Origin: Phoronis australis
Taxonomy: Eukaryota > Animalia > Phoronida
Reading direction: 5' to 3'
Assembly: GCA_002633005.1 (NCBI GenBank)
Contig: NMRA01000280.1
Span: forward strand, 264,080-328,079
DNA: 64,000 nucleotides
Below, one piece after another: positions 1 to 25,300 of the stretch; within the stretch, counting starts at the first letter, position 1; every line of letters starts with the position of its first letter. The position numbers and the translations under genes are program-made. A model generated the notes under the pieces. That model saw only the letters and a list, made by a program, of their open reading frames with translations. It ran no database searches and was not told the origin of the DNA.

Positions 1-56
1 TTTTTGTAAGGTGTCAAGTAATATTGTCCCTTTTCCTATTGCTAAACAAAATGTAC

Positions 57-13027
<12,971 letters not shown>

Positions 13028-13363
13028 GGTCGCAAAAGATAACGCTCTATCGTTTGGAACGAATTGCGTCCATTTCTGCGGACTACAAAAATATAAATGT
13101 GGATTACATTTCAGCAGCAATGTATCCTCAGTTGAATGGCAAATATGGAACAAAAGTAGGTCATTCTATGTACTCTCAATTCTAAATACTTATAAGGTAT
13201 ATTATTTAAATAAGAAGCATAAGTGCAAATTTTTTCACAAAAAATAGACTTTTTATTGTTTTTATAATATAAAAATAATCAAATAGTAAATTTTGTTGAA
13301 ATATGTTGTAATTACATTTAGTACATGTATTGGATACAAGAGCTCATTATCTATTTCCGCTCA
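13028..13363. promoter_or_regulatory. Putative bidirectional promoter, MAP3K7 / PAXBP1
   Basis: Divergent start codons only 336 bp apart; very AT-rich core at about 13190-13320. Confidence 0.7.
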
Positions 13364-16300
13364 ATGTCGACCATGTTCAAGAAACGGACGAAAAAATTTG
13401 CTCAAAGAAGCAAATTGACGTCGGAGTCCGATGACGATGATCGAGAAAAAACGGATGCAAGTATAATAGAAACTGCAGAAAATGATTCCAAAGAATCTGT
13501 AGATGTTATACCTGAAAAGAAAGACAAAAAGAAAAAACCCAAATCTGCAGCCAATGTTCCCGCCGCAAGCTTGTTGAGCTTTGATCACGACGAAGCCGAA
13601 GGTACGTCGATGTTGTTGTGGTTATTATGTCATCAGGTTATGTTAAAGCTAACTGCAATATTTTTATTTGTTAATGTTGGTTAGGTCTTTGCAACTCAAT
13701 GTAAGGAACGGTTTCATAATTAAATCGACTGTAAACACTAAACAGCAGAAGAAGTTCTTGAAAGAATTCTTGATCGAGTGAATTCTCCTGATAGGCTGAT
13801 TGGGATAAATGTGGTTATTCCCAGAAAAAATTGAGGTAATTGTTTACAATATGACGACATTGACCTACACACATGATTTTGGTATCGTTCGATTCCTCGC
13901 AACGATATCTTTCCAAAAATATATGAATGAATCCCCTACTGCGTTTCTTCCGTATTTTATCGTTGAATTTCGGTTCGCACTATTTCCCGGTTGACACCGC
14001 CAATTGTTAGCTCAACTCAAGATTACAGCGACACCTGTTGTTAATGAATGAAGCAGCGTCATCAATTCTGAATGGTATTTGCCCGCGTGAGATTCCCACT
14101 AAAGTTTTCCTGACATAATATGGAGGAACAATTGTAGCAGCATTTCACCTTTTCCAATTTTTTTATAATTGTGACCATTTAACCATTTTTCCACGAAATT
14201 GTCTGAAGTGATACCCGTTTCACCAATTTGGACCTCAAAAACAACCTTCGCTTTTTTCGCGGATTCTTGGTAGCAGATGCATACCAGGGTCACCATAGGA
14301 TCGAATTCGAACCCTTGTGATCGTAACTTGAGCAGGGGATGACGGGTCTCGATCAATTTGACCTCATCAAAAGTAACGATTTTCAAAAGTCGGTAGATTA
14401 GATGAGGTTTTGACCGCCAGGTGACTCCTTCCATTCAACAACCGGGAAATAGTTCGAGCAGTAATTTCCCGATAAAATACTAAGGGAACGGGGTAGTAAA
14501 AAATTCTGTGTATTTTTGGAAAGATAACGTTGCAAGGAATCGAACAATACCAAAATCATATGCGTAAGTCAATGTCGTCATATTGTAAACAATTACCAAA
14601 ACTGCTTTTGTCAGTGGTGAATTTAAGTTAAAAAGGACATTTAGTAACTGTTGAGATTACCTGACCCAGGAATCGATCCAGCAACTCTTGATGAAACTGG
14701 CGAGTGTGCTAACCATTCAACTAATAGGCAATTGCCCGTTAGGGAATGCCTGACATAAAATTGACACACATCTTTCCCTGGCTGTTTCTTGATTATATAC
14801 AACATACAGCTACAGGTACGTCCACCATTCTTAAGCTCAATGGTTTCGGTTACTCTTCTTTTTTGCATGTCTCTGTATTATATCTTGTTGGGTTTATACT
14901 CAACCCCAAGGCTTGTGATTGTTGAATTGAAACTTGAAAATGGTGGACGTTGAAACATATAGCGATTGAAGCACCTTGTTTTTATTCAAACTTTAACAAA
15001 TACTTGTCACCCCAAGACCATTTCATGGTAGTAAGTATTTGTAAACCCATTAGACCAGGAATAATTGTAATATGCAATTGTCATCTAGAGTCTGAAGAAG
15101 TGTTTCGTGTGAAGAAATCTAGCCACAGTCGTAAGATTGCTAAGCAACTGAAAAAGGAGTCGAAAAAAGAGAGGGAAGAACGTTTGAAAAAAGAGCAGGA
15201 AGAAAAATCTAAGGTATTGTGCTTATTTGTTTTTTTAATTAATATAAAAATGTTTCAGATATGCTCAGCTGTAACAACAATTATCGTAAATTATAGGAAA
15301 GTGGTGACTCAAAGCAAATATTAAAAGATTGAGTTCTTTTGGAGTACAATGACCTCTGTCAACAGAAATCATTTGTTCCTGGATTAGGAAATTGCTTGGG
15401 GATAATTCTAGCGAGTTAAGGTATACATTGATCACCCATTTCATGTGTAACTACCTTCAAATTAAATGCATTCATCTAACAGTGTGATAGCCAGCCCATG
15501 AATCAGGAGAAAAATTCTCATGTGCCTACAATAAATGTTCTGTTGTAGGCTAAAGGTGAATCTGACACTAATGGGAAAGGTCAAACTTTCAATGGGGATG
15601 ACTTGGATTCAGAGTCTGGATCGTCAGATGAAGACAAAAAAACATCGCACCCATTCAAGGACGTGCTTGCGAGTAAGCTTTGTTTATGTTTACCTTTTAA
15701 TTTAATAAGTTATGAGTATGTTTTTCATTACTTGCTTGGCAAGTGTCCTGTAGGTCTGATGCTCAATACTTTAAACAAAACCTTTAATTAAATAAATGTT
15801 TTTAAAACATGCAGTGATTTTGGCTTGAACTTGGTTTTGCACGATGCATAGCGGGAGATTAAGGCTGTAAACAGCTGGCCAAAGGAATTTTAAAGTGGTT
15901 GGAAGAATTCAATAACAACGTTAACTTAAGTGAACTGCTGAAATCAAATGAGGGTGCATCACCCTGTTTAAACAGCCTGTGAAGAGCCCTGGTTTATAGT
16001 GTATTTCTTTGCAAGTTTTAGTTGCCTGCATTACAGGGGGTGAGATACCGGACGCCAATTTGATACATCTGGCGCGGAAGAAGCGTCAAATGGCGAGAGA
16101 GGCGGGCGACTTTCTGCCTTTGGACGATACAGTTAGATGTGAGAACACCAAATCCAGGCTGATAAGGTATGATTGGCGAGAGTGTGGCAGTTTTACTATG
16201 TACAACAATGACATACAAATAATTCTCGCCTTCCGCATTGATCGCTCTCCCATGCCATGAGGTATAAAATAGCGGCACACCTCCAGATATGGCAGGCAGG

Positions 16301-19300
16301 TCAGCAGCCTCGCCTTCAATCCTATGTTAGCAGCTGTCGTCTGAATACCTTATATTTGATATCATATTTAAGTCATGCCAGGAAAGTATTACTGCTATGC
16401 TGTGGGCTACAATGTTGAGTCAAGGAAGTGAGATAAGCTGGATAAATACTCGTGGATGTGGAATCTCATATTTTACCCGTTTCCGACGGTTCTGAAGGGC
16501 AAAAGACGGCTAAGCCCATCGAGCGCACAGCGCCACCCTAGTACAATCAATATAAAATCTTACCTCATGGCAGAGAGGGAGTGCAGAATACGGGAATTTA
16601 CAAGTTATCAGTGAGGAGAATGAGTTGGGGCAGAAGGCTATTTGATGGTACTGTATCAAAATAGTTCTGTTATTTCTTAAGTAAAGTTGGTGGTGCATTT
16701 CTGTGTAGAAGTTTATTCTTTGCACGTGGCATTCTGAAGTGGTCAATTTTAGATTTCACTAGCAGTCTATTTATGGTCATAGTATTAACTAAAACACTTT
16801 CATGAAAAGAAAAACTCTGTTATATGGTACTGTGTTGTGCCTGTGAATTACACTGTGGTTCATTAGTACTGTTCTGTCCACTTACAGGGAGGATGATAAT
16901 GACATCAGTGATGATGAAGAACAGAGGATGAACTTCGCCGTAAACATAGCTGCCAGCGACCGTCAAAAAATTCACGATAATTTCATGGCAGCGGAGCATG
17001 GTCGGTTAGCTTAATTTATTTGACATTCATTACATCCTCACATTTTAGCCTCCTTTACGCCATTCTCTTAAGACCTATTTCAGGTTAAACATAAGTCCTT
17101 GTTATGGAGGACTTGCTGCTCTGACAACTTACTGTACTGTCACGCTTCAATATTGATGAAGATTTGTGTTTTTTTTTCTGGAAGTTATAGCTTTGGATTA
17201 AAATTAAAAATGTCTTGGGTATCATTAAAAAATAAATATTCCTAAAATTGAATAACTACTTACATTGACTTTTGTTGATATTCAACCCAATGACTTCTAT
17301 GTTTAGTGAGTAGAGTTAGCTTCTGGACATATATTATAAGAATGCAGGTATAAAATGCCAAACTGTGAATCAGTTTCAAAATTTTTTTACCGAACTTGAT
17401 TCTCAATTTTTCACGCGACTGGTTTTAATCTTGAGGTCTTGTTGGTCTGCCTTATTCATATTGTGTTCACACGAACTGCTGAGACCCATTCCAACAAAAC
17501 TGACTTCATAAGTTTTTGATATAAGTGGTATCATAATTTTGTCTTAATATTACCATATGTGGAAGTTTCAAAGTTTGGAAGTTACGACAAATCTTGGACT
17601 TAAGAAAAAAATGAACTGAAGTCAGTTTTTTGGAACGGACCCCACGCTGTTTCATAATTTGGTCTTTTTGGCTTTAAATTTTAAGCCAGGTACAGTAGTT
17701 TGCCAGGCAGTCACTAGGTGGCATGCTCTGGAGTTAAGCTATTGGTGTAGTAATAAGAGGTAGGAATTTTTGAATGAGTTGGCTTCGGGCCATGTTTCTG
17801 TTTCAGGGTAAAGAATTCTTCAACTAAAGTTCATTTAAATTTTCTTGTTTTTACAGTAACATTGTTCAAGTGTGCAGTGTCAGTTATTAAAGCAGTATGT
17901 CAATAAGCCAGCTGACGTGTGCGTTCTTCTCCGTCGCAGTGACTATCACACGGATCTTTATGTGTTATTCATGTTTCAGGATCGGATAGCGACGGCAGTG
18001 ACCACGAGCATGAATGGGAGGAACAACAAATTAGAAAAGGTGTCGGAATACCTCAGGTTGTAATTAAGAACTGCATTCAGAGGAGTCTTTAATCATACCT
18101 AAACCTAGAATTTTTTCTTTTCTAACACATGATAACATGAATTTGGTGTTATTCTGCAGCGTTGAAATGAATAAAGTTAGTATGTACATAAAAATGCATT
18201 TGTACTTGACATTAGTTTTTTGTTGGAAATACCTTTTTAGTGTAAAAATGCGTCATAGCTTCTTTTGTTGTCTTATACTTTTTCAAACTGGAATTGAACG
18301 GTTTTTATGCTTAACAAGTTTTATATCCAGCCTCTAGTGTACAATTCTATATCCAGCCTCTAGCGTACAATTCTATATCCAGCCCGGCTCTAGTGTACAA
18401 TTCTGTATCCAGCCTCTAGCGTACAATTCTGTATCCAGCCTCTAGCGTACAATTCTGTATCCAGTCTCTAGCGTACAATTCTATATCCAGCCTGTAGTGT
18501 ACAATTCTATATCCAGCCTCTAGTGTACAATTCTATATCCAGCCTTTAGTGAACAATTCTATATCCAGCCTCTAGCGTACAATTCTGTATCCAGCCTCTA
18601 GTGTACAATTCTGTATGCAGCCTCTAGCGTACAATTCTATATCCAGCCTCTAGTGTACAATTCTATATCCAGCCTCCAGTGTACAATTCTATTCATTGTC
18701 TTGTTTGATGTTCTTCATGTTTAATTTAGTGCTTCAATAATGTCTTGTACTTGTGCTAATTTACTAGATTTCAACAAAATAGTCCATTGTTCAAGATTTT
18801 ACTATTTTCAGTTCCAGTTATACACTTTGTTGTCTTGTCTTCAATTGCACTTCCTATTAAGTAAACCTTATGTGCAGTTTCTCATAAGCTTGTCTGGTTC
18901 TTTTTCCAGGTTCAAGCCCACAGTGGTTACACGGCTTACCAACAGGAGTCGTCAGCTGCAGGCTTTGTTGGAGGACATCAGTATGGAATGGCCTCTAGTG
19001 GTGTAAATCATGACTACAGTTCTCAGCAGACTGTGAAATCACTCACACAAGATCTGGAAAATCTCACTGTTGATTCTGTAAAGAAGCATCTGCGAGATAG
19101 GTTCGTTCTAAGCTATGAAGCAGAATAATTTTTGTTTTTGAAAATTAGACGCCCACAGTCCATTGCATAAAATTGTCTGACATGGGCTCAATTGAATTCC
19201 CTTAGTTTTCACTGCATTTGTGTACTTTGTACAAGCATTGATTGTCATTTTTACAAGTGTTCTATCTTCATTGCTATTTCAAGATAAGCTTTGATACATA

Positions 19301-22300
19301 CATTAAATTTTTAATGTTATTGAAAATAAGAACTCTTTCATGCAACCAAATGCCCCTAATTTAAGGACTTGGTATCCATTTATTTTCAGACATATTATTA
19401 GAAAATGTCACTAGTAATAAATCTCCCTATACAGATAACATTACTGAGTAAACTAGCAATAGAAATGCACTTAAAATTTAGGGAACATAGTTGAGTCCCC
19501 TATTGGGACTGTTTCCGGCAACCAGACACTGGTGTCGTGAACTTTCTGGATATGGGTCAACCAATTTCACCTGACACTAATTTAAAGTTGACTTGTTGCA
19601 TTCTGTGAAATTTGAAATTTCAGTCCTATTACTATAGGCCAATTCAAGTTGAGATTTGTGTACATTCTCATTGTCTTTGGCACAGAAAATGTATTTTAGC
19701 ATCTGTTTATTTACCTGAATGTTGTTGGTGCTTGGATTTGTCGTTTTCTGTTAAGCGCTTTTTTGTAAGATTGGCGATACTAATTTGCTGGGACATGTGC
19801 TTTATGTATGTAAGCGCATGCACTTACTCACATAAATTATATTCATCTATTTTTATGTGCTGTTGCCCTTTGGTTCTTTGGATAACTCTTTTCCCTTCTT
19901 GTTTGTTTCAAAGTTACATTCTCTAGCTCATATTGTCAGAACAGTTTGTGTCCAATAGGAGGAATTGTTAGTGTAGTATCCTGATTGCCTTGATGGTATT
20001 ATTAAAGCTATGATCTATTTTTTGTCTAGGTTGTCTGACATGGAGCAGGTGCATGGGTCTCATGTTAATGAGCGAGACTCTTTGGAGCGCCGGATGACGG
20101 AGACGGAATCTAGCATAGATAAACTTGCAAATTCTAAGGGGGGCTTAGAAGAACAATATAAGTTCTTCCAACAAATGAGGGGGTATGTCAGGGACTTGGT
20201 TGAATGTCTTAATGAAAAGGTGGGTGTCGTTTGTATTTGGGTTTGTCTTGGGGGGTGGAGGCAGGGGCCATGCTTAGAAGCTGGGGTCATTTTCATTGTG
20301 CAGGGGCTGTGCTTATTTTTTGGTGGAAATAGTGTTGCATGGAAAAATACGTTATTTTGGATTCAGTGCATTGTTTTTTGTGATAAAAATGAAGCATCGT
20401 GTTCCGACTTAATCTACCTAAATTTTATGGTTTTCAGAATGTTGTAGATATGTTTAATACTACACTATCTACATTATGTGGCAACACTGTTTTCACTTCA
20501 CTACAGTTTCATTTTTGTAATTTCTATTTGAGCTTCATGTTAAAGTTTAATTCACCGGACTTCTTGTTTTGAATTTTTATCTATTTCTGTTGACCCTCCA
20601 TTTAGAATGCTCAGAAATTGTTTGCATCGCTGCTTGTAATGATATCTGCTCAGGGGCCATGCTGGGTCGCTAAAGGGGTTGTGTTGGAAAAGGGTATTTG
20701 GATCTCTTCCCAGATAATGGGTGTTGGCGAATTGTATTTTTACGTTTTTTATGATAATAGAAAATTCATTATGAAGTCCAATCATTTCTTTCAAGAGCAC
20801 GTCCTCTTGAAAGTTTTATGTTTCTTTTGGGGAAGTGAAACTGACATAAATTTGGGACAAATCCTATGACTGTGGAGTCGCCGTGTGGCAATTTTGTTTT
20901 TCTTTGCATTTGCCTTGATGTCAACTAAGTTCACTGAAAATAAATAGCGTAGGTGACAGCACCTACCCTGTTTCAGACAGATTTGACCTACATTGCACCC
21001 ACTAGTGTCCTTTTATAGATTTTACGTCTGTTCTTCGTAGTCTGCCTCCTTTTGCCACAAAGTGCTTGAAGAATCATGACCAAGGGTGACAGGTGTGCTC
21101 CTATAGAAGAGAGCACTGCTGACTTGCTTCATACCCCCTCAGAGCCTATTTTAAGTTGTCTAGCATTTCTTTTGTTTTATTGTGTAAATGTTCATTTCTT
21201 GTATCTGAGTTATGAGTGATGCACATGGGTGCATATCAAACATGGGTGCATATCAAGGCTTTGCATTTATGGTATTGTGATATTAATGTTAAGTATTGCT
21301 TTGAATTGAGCATTGAATTGAGCCAAATGTGGACTAGTGGAAGTTTTGTTCTCCGTCCTTTGTAAGGTACCCAAGATTGAAGAGTTGGAGCGAGCCATGC
21401 TGTTCTGTTTGAAGATGAGGGCTGACAAGTTCGTGAAACGTCGCCAAGATGACATCAAAGATCAGAATACAGACGCCATGAACAGTGAGTCGCCTACTGC
21501 AGCTTATAAAACTAAATCATTCAGGTGAATTATAACTTGACTGTTTTCATTCACCATCATTGAAAAAAAGCTTTGTATCACAGACTATTAAATTCTGAAA
21601 AATATTTGCGTTCACTTTGTTGTCTTTTCACATTTGCGGTATTGTACGTTCGTTTATCAAATGCAAAACCAAAAAAAATAGTTGTGTTGGGTACTACTTT
21701 CTATTGAATGATTCTAATGATAGGTAAACCAGGCACGGTGATGGACCCTGCTAAACAACGGCGAGTGACTGAGCGTGAAGCAAGGAGGTAACTATATTGT
21801 ATGCTGTATAGATGCAGTGATTAGTCTCAGTAACTCATAGTGTATTGAAACTGGTGCAGTGTTGATGTACCACAGTGTTATGGAAACACCATTTTCTTAC
21901 CATGAGAGGTCTAAACACAGAAGCCATGAAGTAACATGACAAACTCTAATAAACTGGTCTCTATTTTCCTTGCTGTGATACAGATTGTATGTTGTTTGCT
22001 TAAACATGCACAAAATTGTTTGTCTTAGTGTCAGTAGTTCAATTTAAATATGCTGCGGGTATAGTGTGTTGATTCTAGTGGGGCTGTATTACTTATGATC
22101 TTGTAAAATAATGGTTGCCTTAAAGCCTTCTAGATGTTGAGGAATGGAGAATTGTCCTATCGCTTGTATCTCAGCCTTGCTCAGGGTTAAAAAATGAATT
22201 ATAATTCTATTTAATCGTTTTTGTTTGGACTCATTTAGCTCGATGATGTTTCATGTTTAGGTCACTGGCGTAATTTAAAACCATTTCACTGTCATACTTT

Positions 22301-25300
22301 TATTTATTGAAATACTTTAGATTATGGTAATTCCCCGCTTATTTCACACAAAAATAATAGCCGAATTGGTCATTTTTCTATTTTTCAAATGTTGAGTACC
22401 TTTTTGGAAATAATTGGAATTTTAGAAAAAAATATTGTATGCCATCTACACACAACACTCTTGGCTAGTACTATACCAAAATGTTCTCAATCTTCACTTT
22501 TGTGGGGAAATTAACAAAATAGAGTTTCATGTGTCGGCCATATTGTGTGTTAAGTAAGTGAAGACTTACAGCCATAGTGGGCATAGTTCTTAAGTAGTTA
22601 CATAACTGGTTGTCTTGTGTTCAGAGCCAGGCGGAGGAGAGCGCGAGAGCCTCAGGAAATACGAAACCATAACGACGGGATGTCATCAGATGACGAAGAA
22701 AACCAGTCAGATATTGTCAAATTTAACACAGAGAAAGGTAGGAATTACATTTTTTAAAGTGTTTTTTGTCTGTGATTACTTTTATTATGTGTCCACATAT
22801 GCATCTGTGAGTGCCCATCGCTGACACCTCTGTCTGGGCGTATAACTGCCCTCTGTCTGGGCGTATAACTGCTTGCAAGATCTTTATGAAATTTGGCGGG
22901 CTACAGATGACATGACTAACTATTGGTTGCATTTTTTATGTTTGTCTCTATCTGCCCAGTTCCTTGGTGGATTTATATGAAATTTCATATTTATGTTTCT
23001 ATTCGGAACAGATTTGACAAAGTCTGCATCCCATAGGACCCATTTCATTATTATCAAGTCAGCTATTCTAGTCTATTAGCCAAAGCGCATAAAGTTTCCT
23101 TATGAAAGTGGCCAGATTTATTTGTATTAAAGCAAGCACGGCTGTTGTCTGATTTCTGACTGTGGTGCCCCCTAGTGGCAATTTTTTTCTCTGCCTCAGT
23201 ATCTACCAAGTTCCTTGATAGTTCAACATGGTTAATATAGTTCTTTTGAAAGTTAGCACAGCTGGTGCTGACTTTGGAAAGAGTCTGACTACTGCGGCGT
23301 TCCCTAGTGGCAATTTAGGTTTTCTTTGCATAAAAAGAACTTTCTATGAAGGAGTCGATAGCACCTGTGTAGTTTTTGGATGGAATTGACTTACTCTGCA
23401 CCCTTGAGTGACTATTTTTGTCTGTTTGGCGTCTGCCTCTCTATTTGCCAAACTGCTTGAATTATCACTATGAAAGTTGGTGTGATCATATTGAAGAAAG
23501 TATCTATTTTAGTTTTCATTGTGTTTGCCTCAGGGTAAATCAAGTTCTTGGTTGGCTCTTAAGGAAATTTGGCATGTATCATGTTGAGGAGAGCATGACT
23601 GCAGTTGATTTTCTGACCATTCTGGCTACTGCGGTGCCACATAGTGGCAGTTTTGTTTTTGTGTGCCTGCCACAATACCTACCAAATTGCTTAATGGGTG
23701 TTGAAGAGGGAGATGAGTTTCTCGACTGTGGTGCTCCTTTGTAGCAATTTGGGTTTTCTTTGCGTCTGTCTCTTTGTCTATCAAGTTCTTTGATGGTTCT
23801 TCTTGAAATTTGATATTTGGGCTTCTATTGTGGAAAGCAAGGATGGTGTGCACTCTTGGACTGATATGACTACTGTCAGATTTGCCGCTGCATCTACCAT
23901 AATATCTAGTGAGCTTTGTTAAATTTGACGTGCGATTTCCAAATGAACAGAGCACATTTGGTGTTGCTTTTCAAATGGTTCTGACTATGGTGGAAATATT
24001 TGAAAAATGGACACCTCTTGTATGTTTGCTGTGTGCAATACACACGGTGGCCGCATATCAATGCACACGATGGGCGCATATCAGTGCACATAGTTGGCAC
24101 ATATCAATACACACGGTGGGCGCATATCACCATCCTGCATTGCTCTTGTACTGTACTTAAGATGAAGCAAAATTCTGGTTATCACATGGTATAAGCACCA
24201 GTTGTAAGCTCTAATTGTTTGTCTACCCTCGGCTACTTCAACTTTTTTGAATTGTCAAAGGAATGTTGACTAAACCTGTCCAAAACGATATTTGAATCAT
24301 AAACAAATTTCTTTGATGCAGTAAAGTTATTGCCCTTCCTATTGTGGTCATGCTAACTAATCTGGTCTACTTTGCTGTCTTGTGTTTTAGACCGTATCAT
24401 GACTGAATCGTCCCACCTGCTCGAAGACGTCATTGACGAGTTCTGTGATATTCGCCTCATCAAGTTTCGCTTTGAGGAATGGAAGTACAACTATGAGGAG
24501 ACGTACAAGGAGGCGTACATCAGTTTGTGTCTGCCCAAGCTCTTCACACCTCTTATACGATTACAGCTACTTGACTGGAACCCTTTACAGGTTGCTGTAC
24601 AGTTTTCGTCTCAACTTCTTTGTATTTCTATTACGCGTGTTTTGACTTGTAACCCTGTCATTAAGATCCCCTTAAACTTGCTTAAAATACTCTTTGTCAT
24701 TAGTTAAGAACATAGAAATAGTCTCATCAGTCCAAAGGTATCACAAAAGTAGGTTCATTTCGTAAATTACATTTATTTGTTTGGATTTTCTGCTTGCAAC
24801 GATGTAGAGTTTGAAGTTCAATCGTGGCAATCATTTTGTTAAAGCACCACCCAAAATTCAACTTCAGAGTTCTCTGTTAAATTATGATTATTTAGAAAAA
24901 ACTTGAGTTCGAATAATTTTATACTAAATTGGTTGGTGTTAAAATTTGTTTTGAGAAATTTTTACATAATTTAATGAAGTGGTAAATATTTTTATAGCTA
25001 CCATATAACTACCTGTCAAAAATAACAGGATTTAGGCCACTAGCTGTTTTTTACCGGGTCTCAACTTGTTCTCTAATCAGATTTGAAGTGTTATCTGGAC
25101 TTGAGAAGAACGGAAAATTCGATGTTGCTTAATACATTGTCTATCCAGGTCAGGGAAACTTGGCTGGGTTTGAAGGGACACTATTGGTGTTACGGCCGAA
25201 AAGTGCATTTTTGGGGTTATTCTTTGATGGGCTTCTTGAAGTTATAAACTTTGACCAGAGCTATATAACAACTAAATCCATTGTGTTTTTACGATTTTTA

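Noticed and set aside
14660-14725. Functional tRNA genes here and at about 25400-25460, 36364-36445 and 51730-51775
   Set aside because: Only A/B-box-like motifs are present; I could not fold complete cloverleaves, so SINE remnants are more likely.
18323-18691. CRISPR-like array
   Set aside because: Units are contiguous with no unique spacers, there are no cas genes, and the context is a eukaryotic intron. The same applies to 35886-36148 and 11536-11992.
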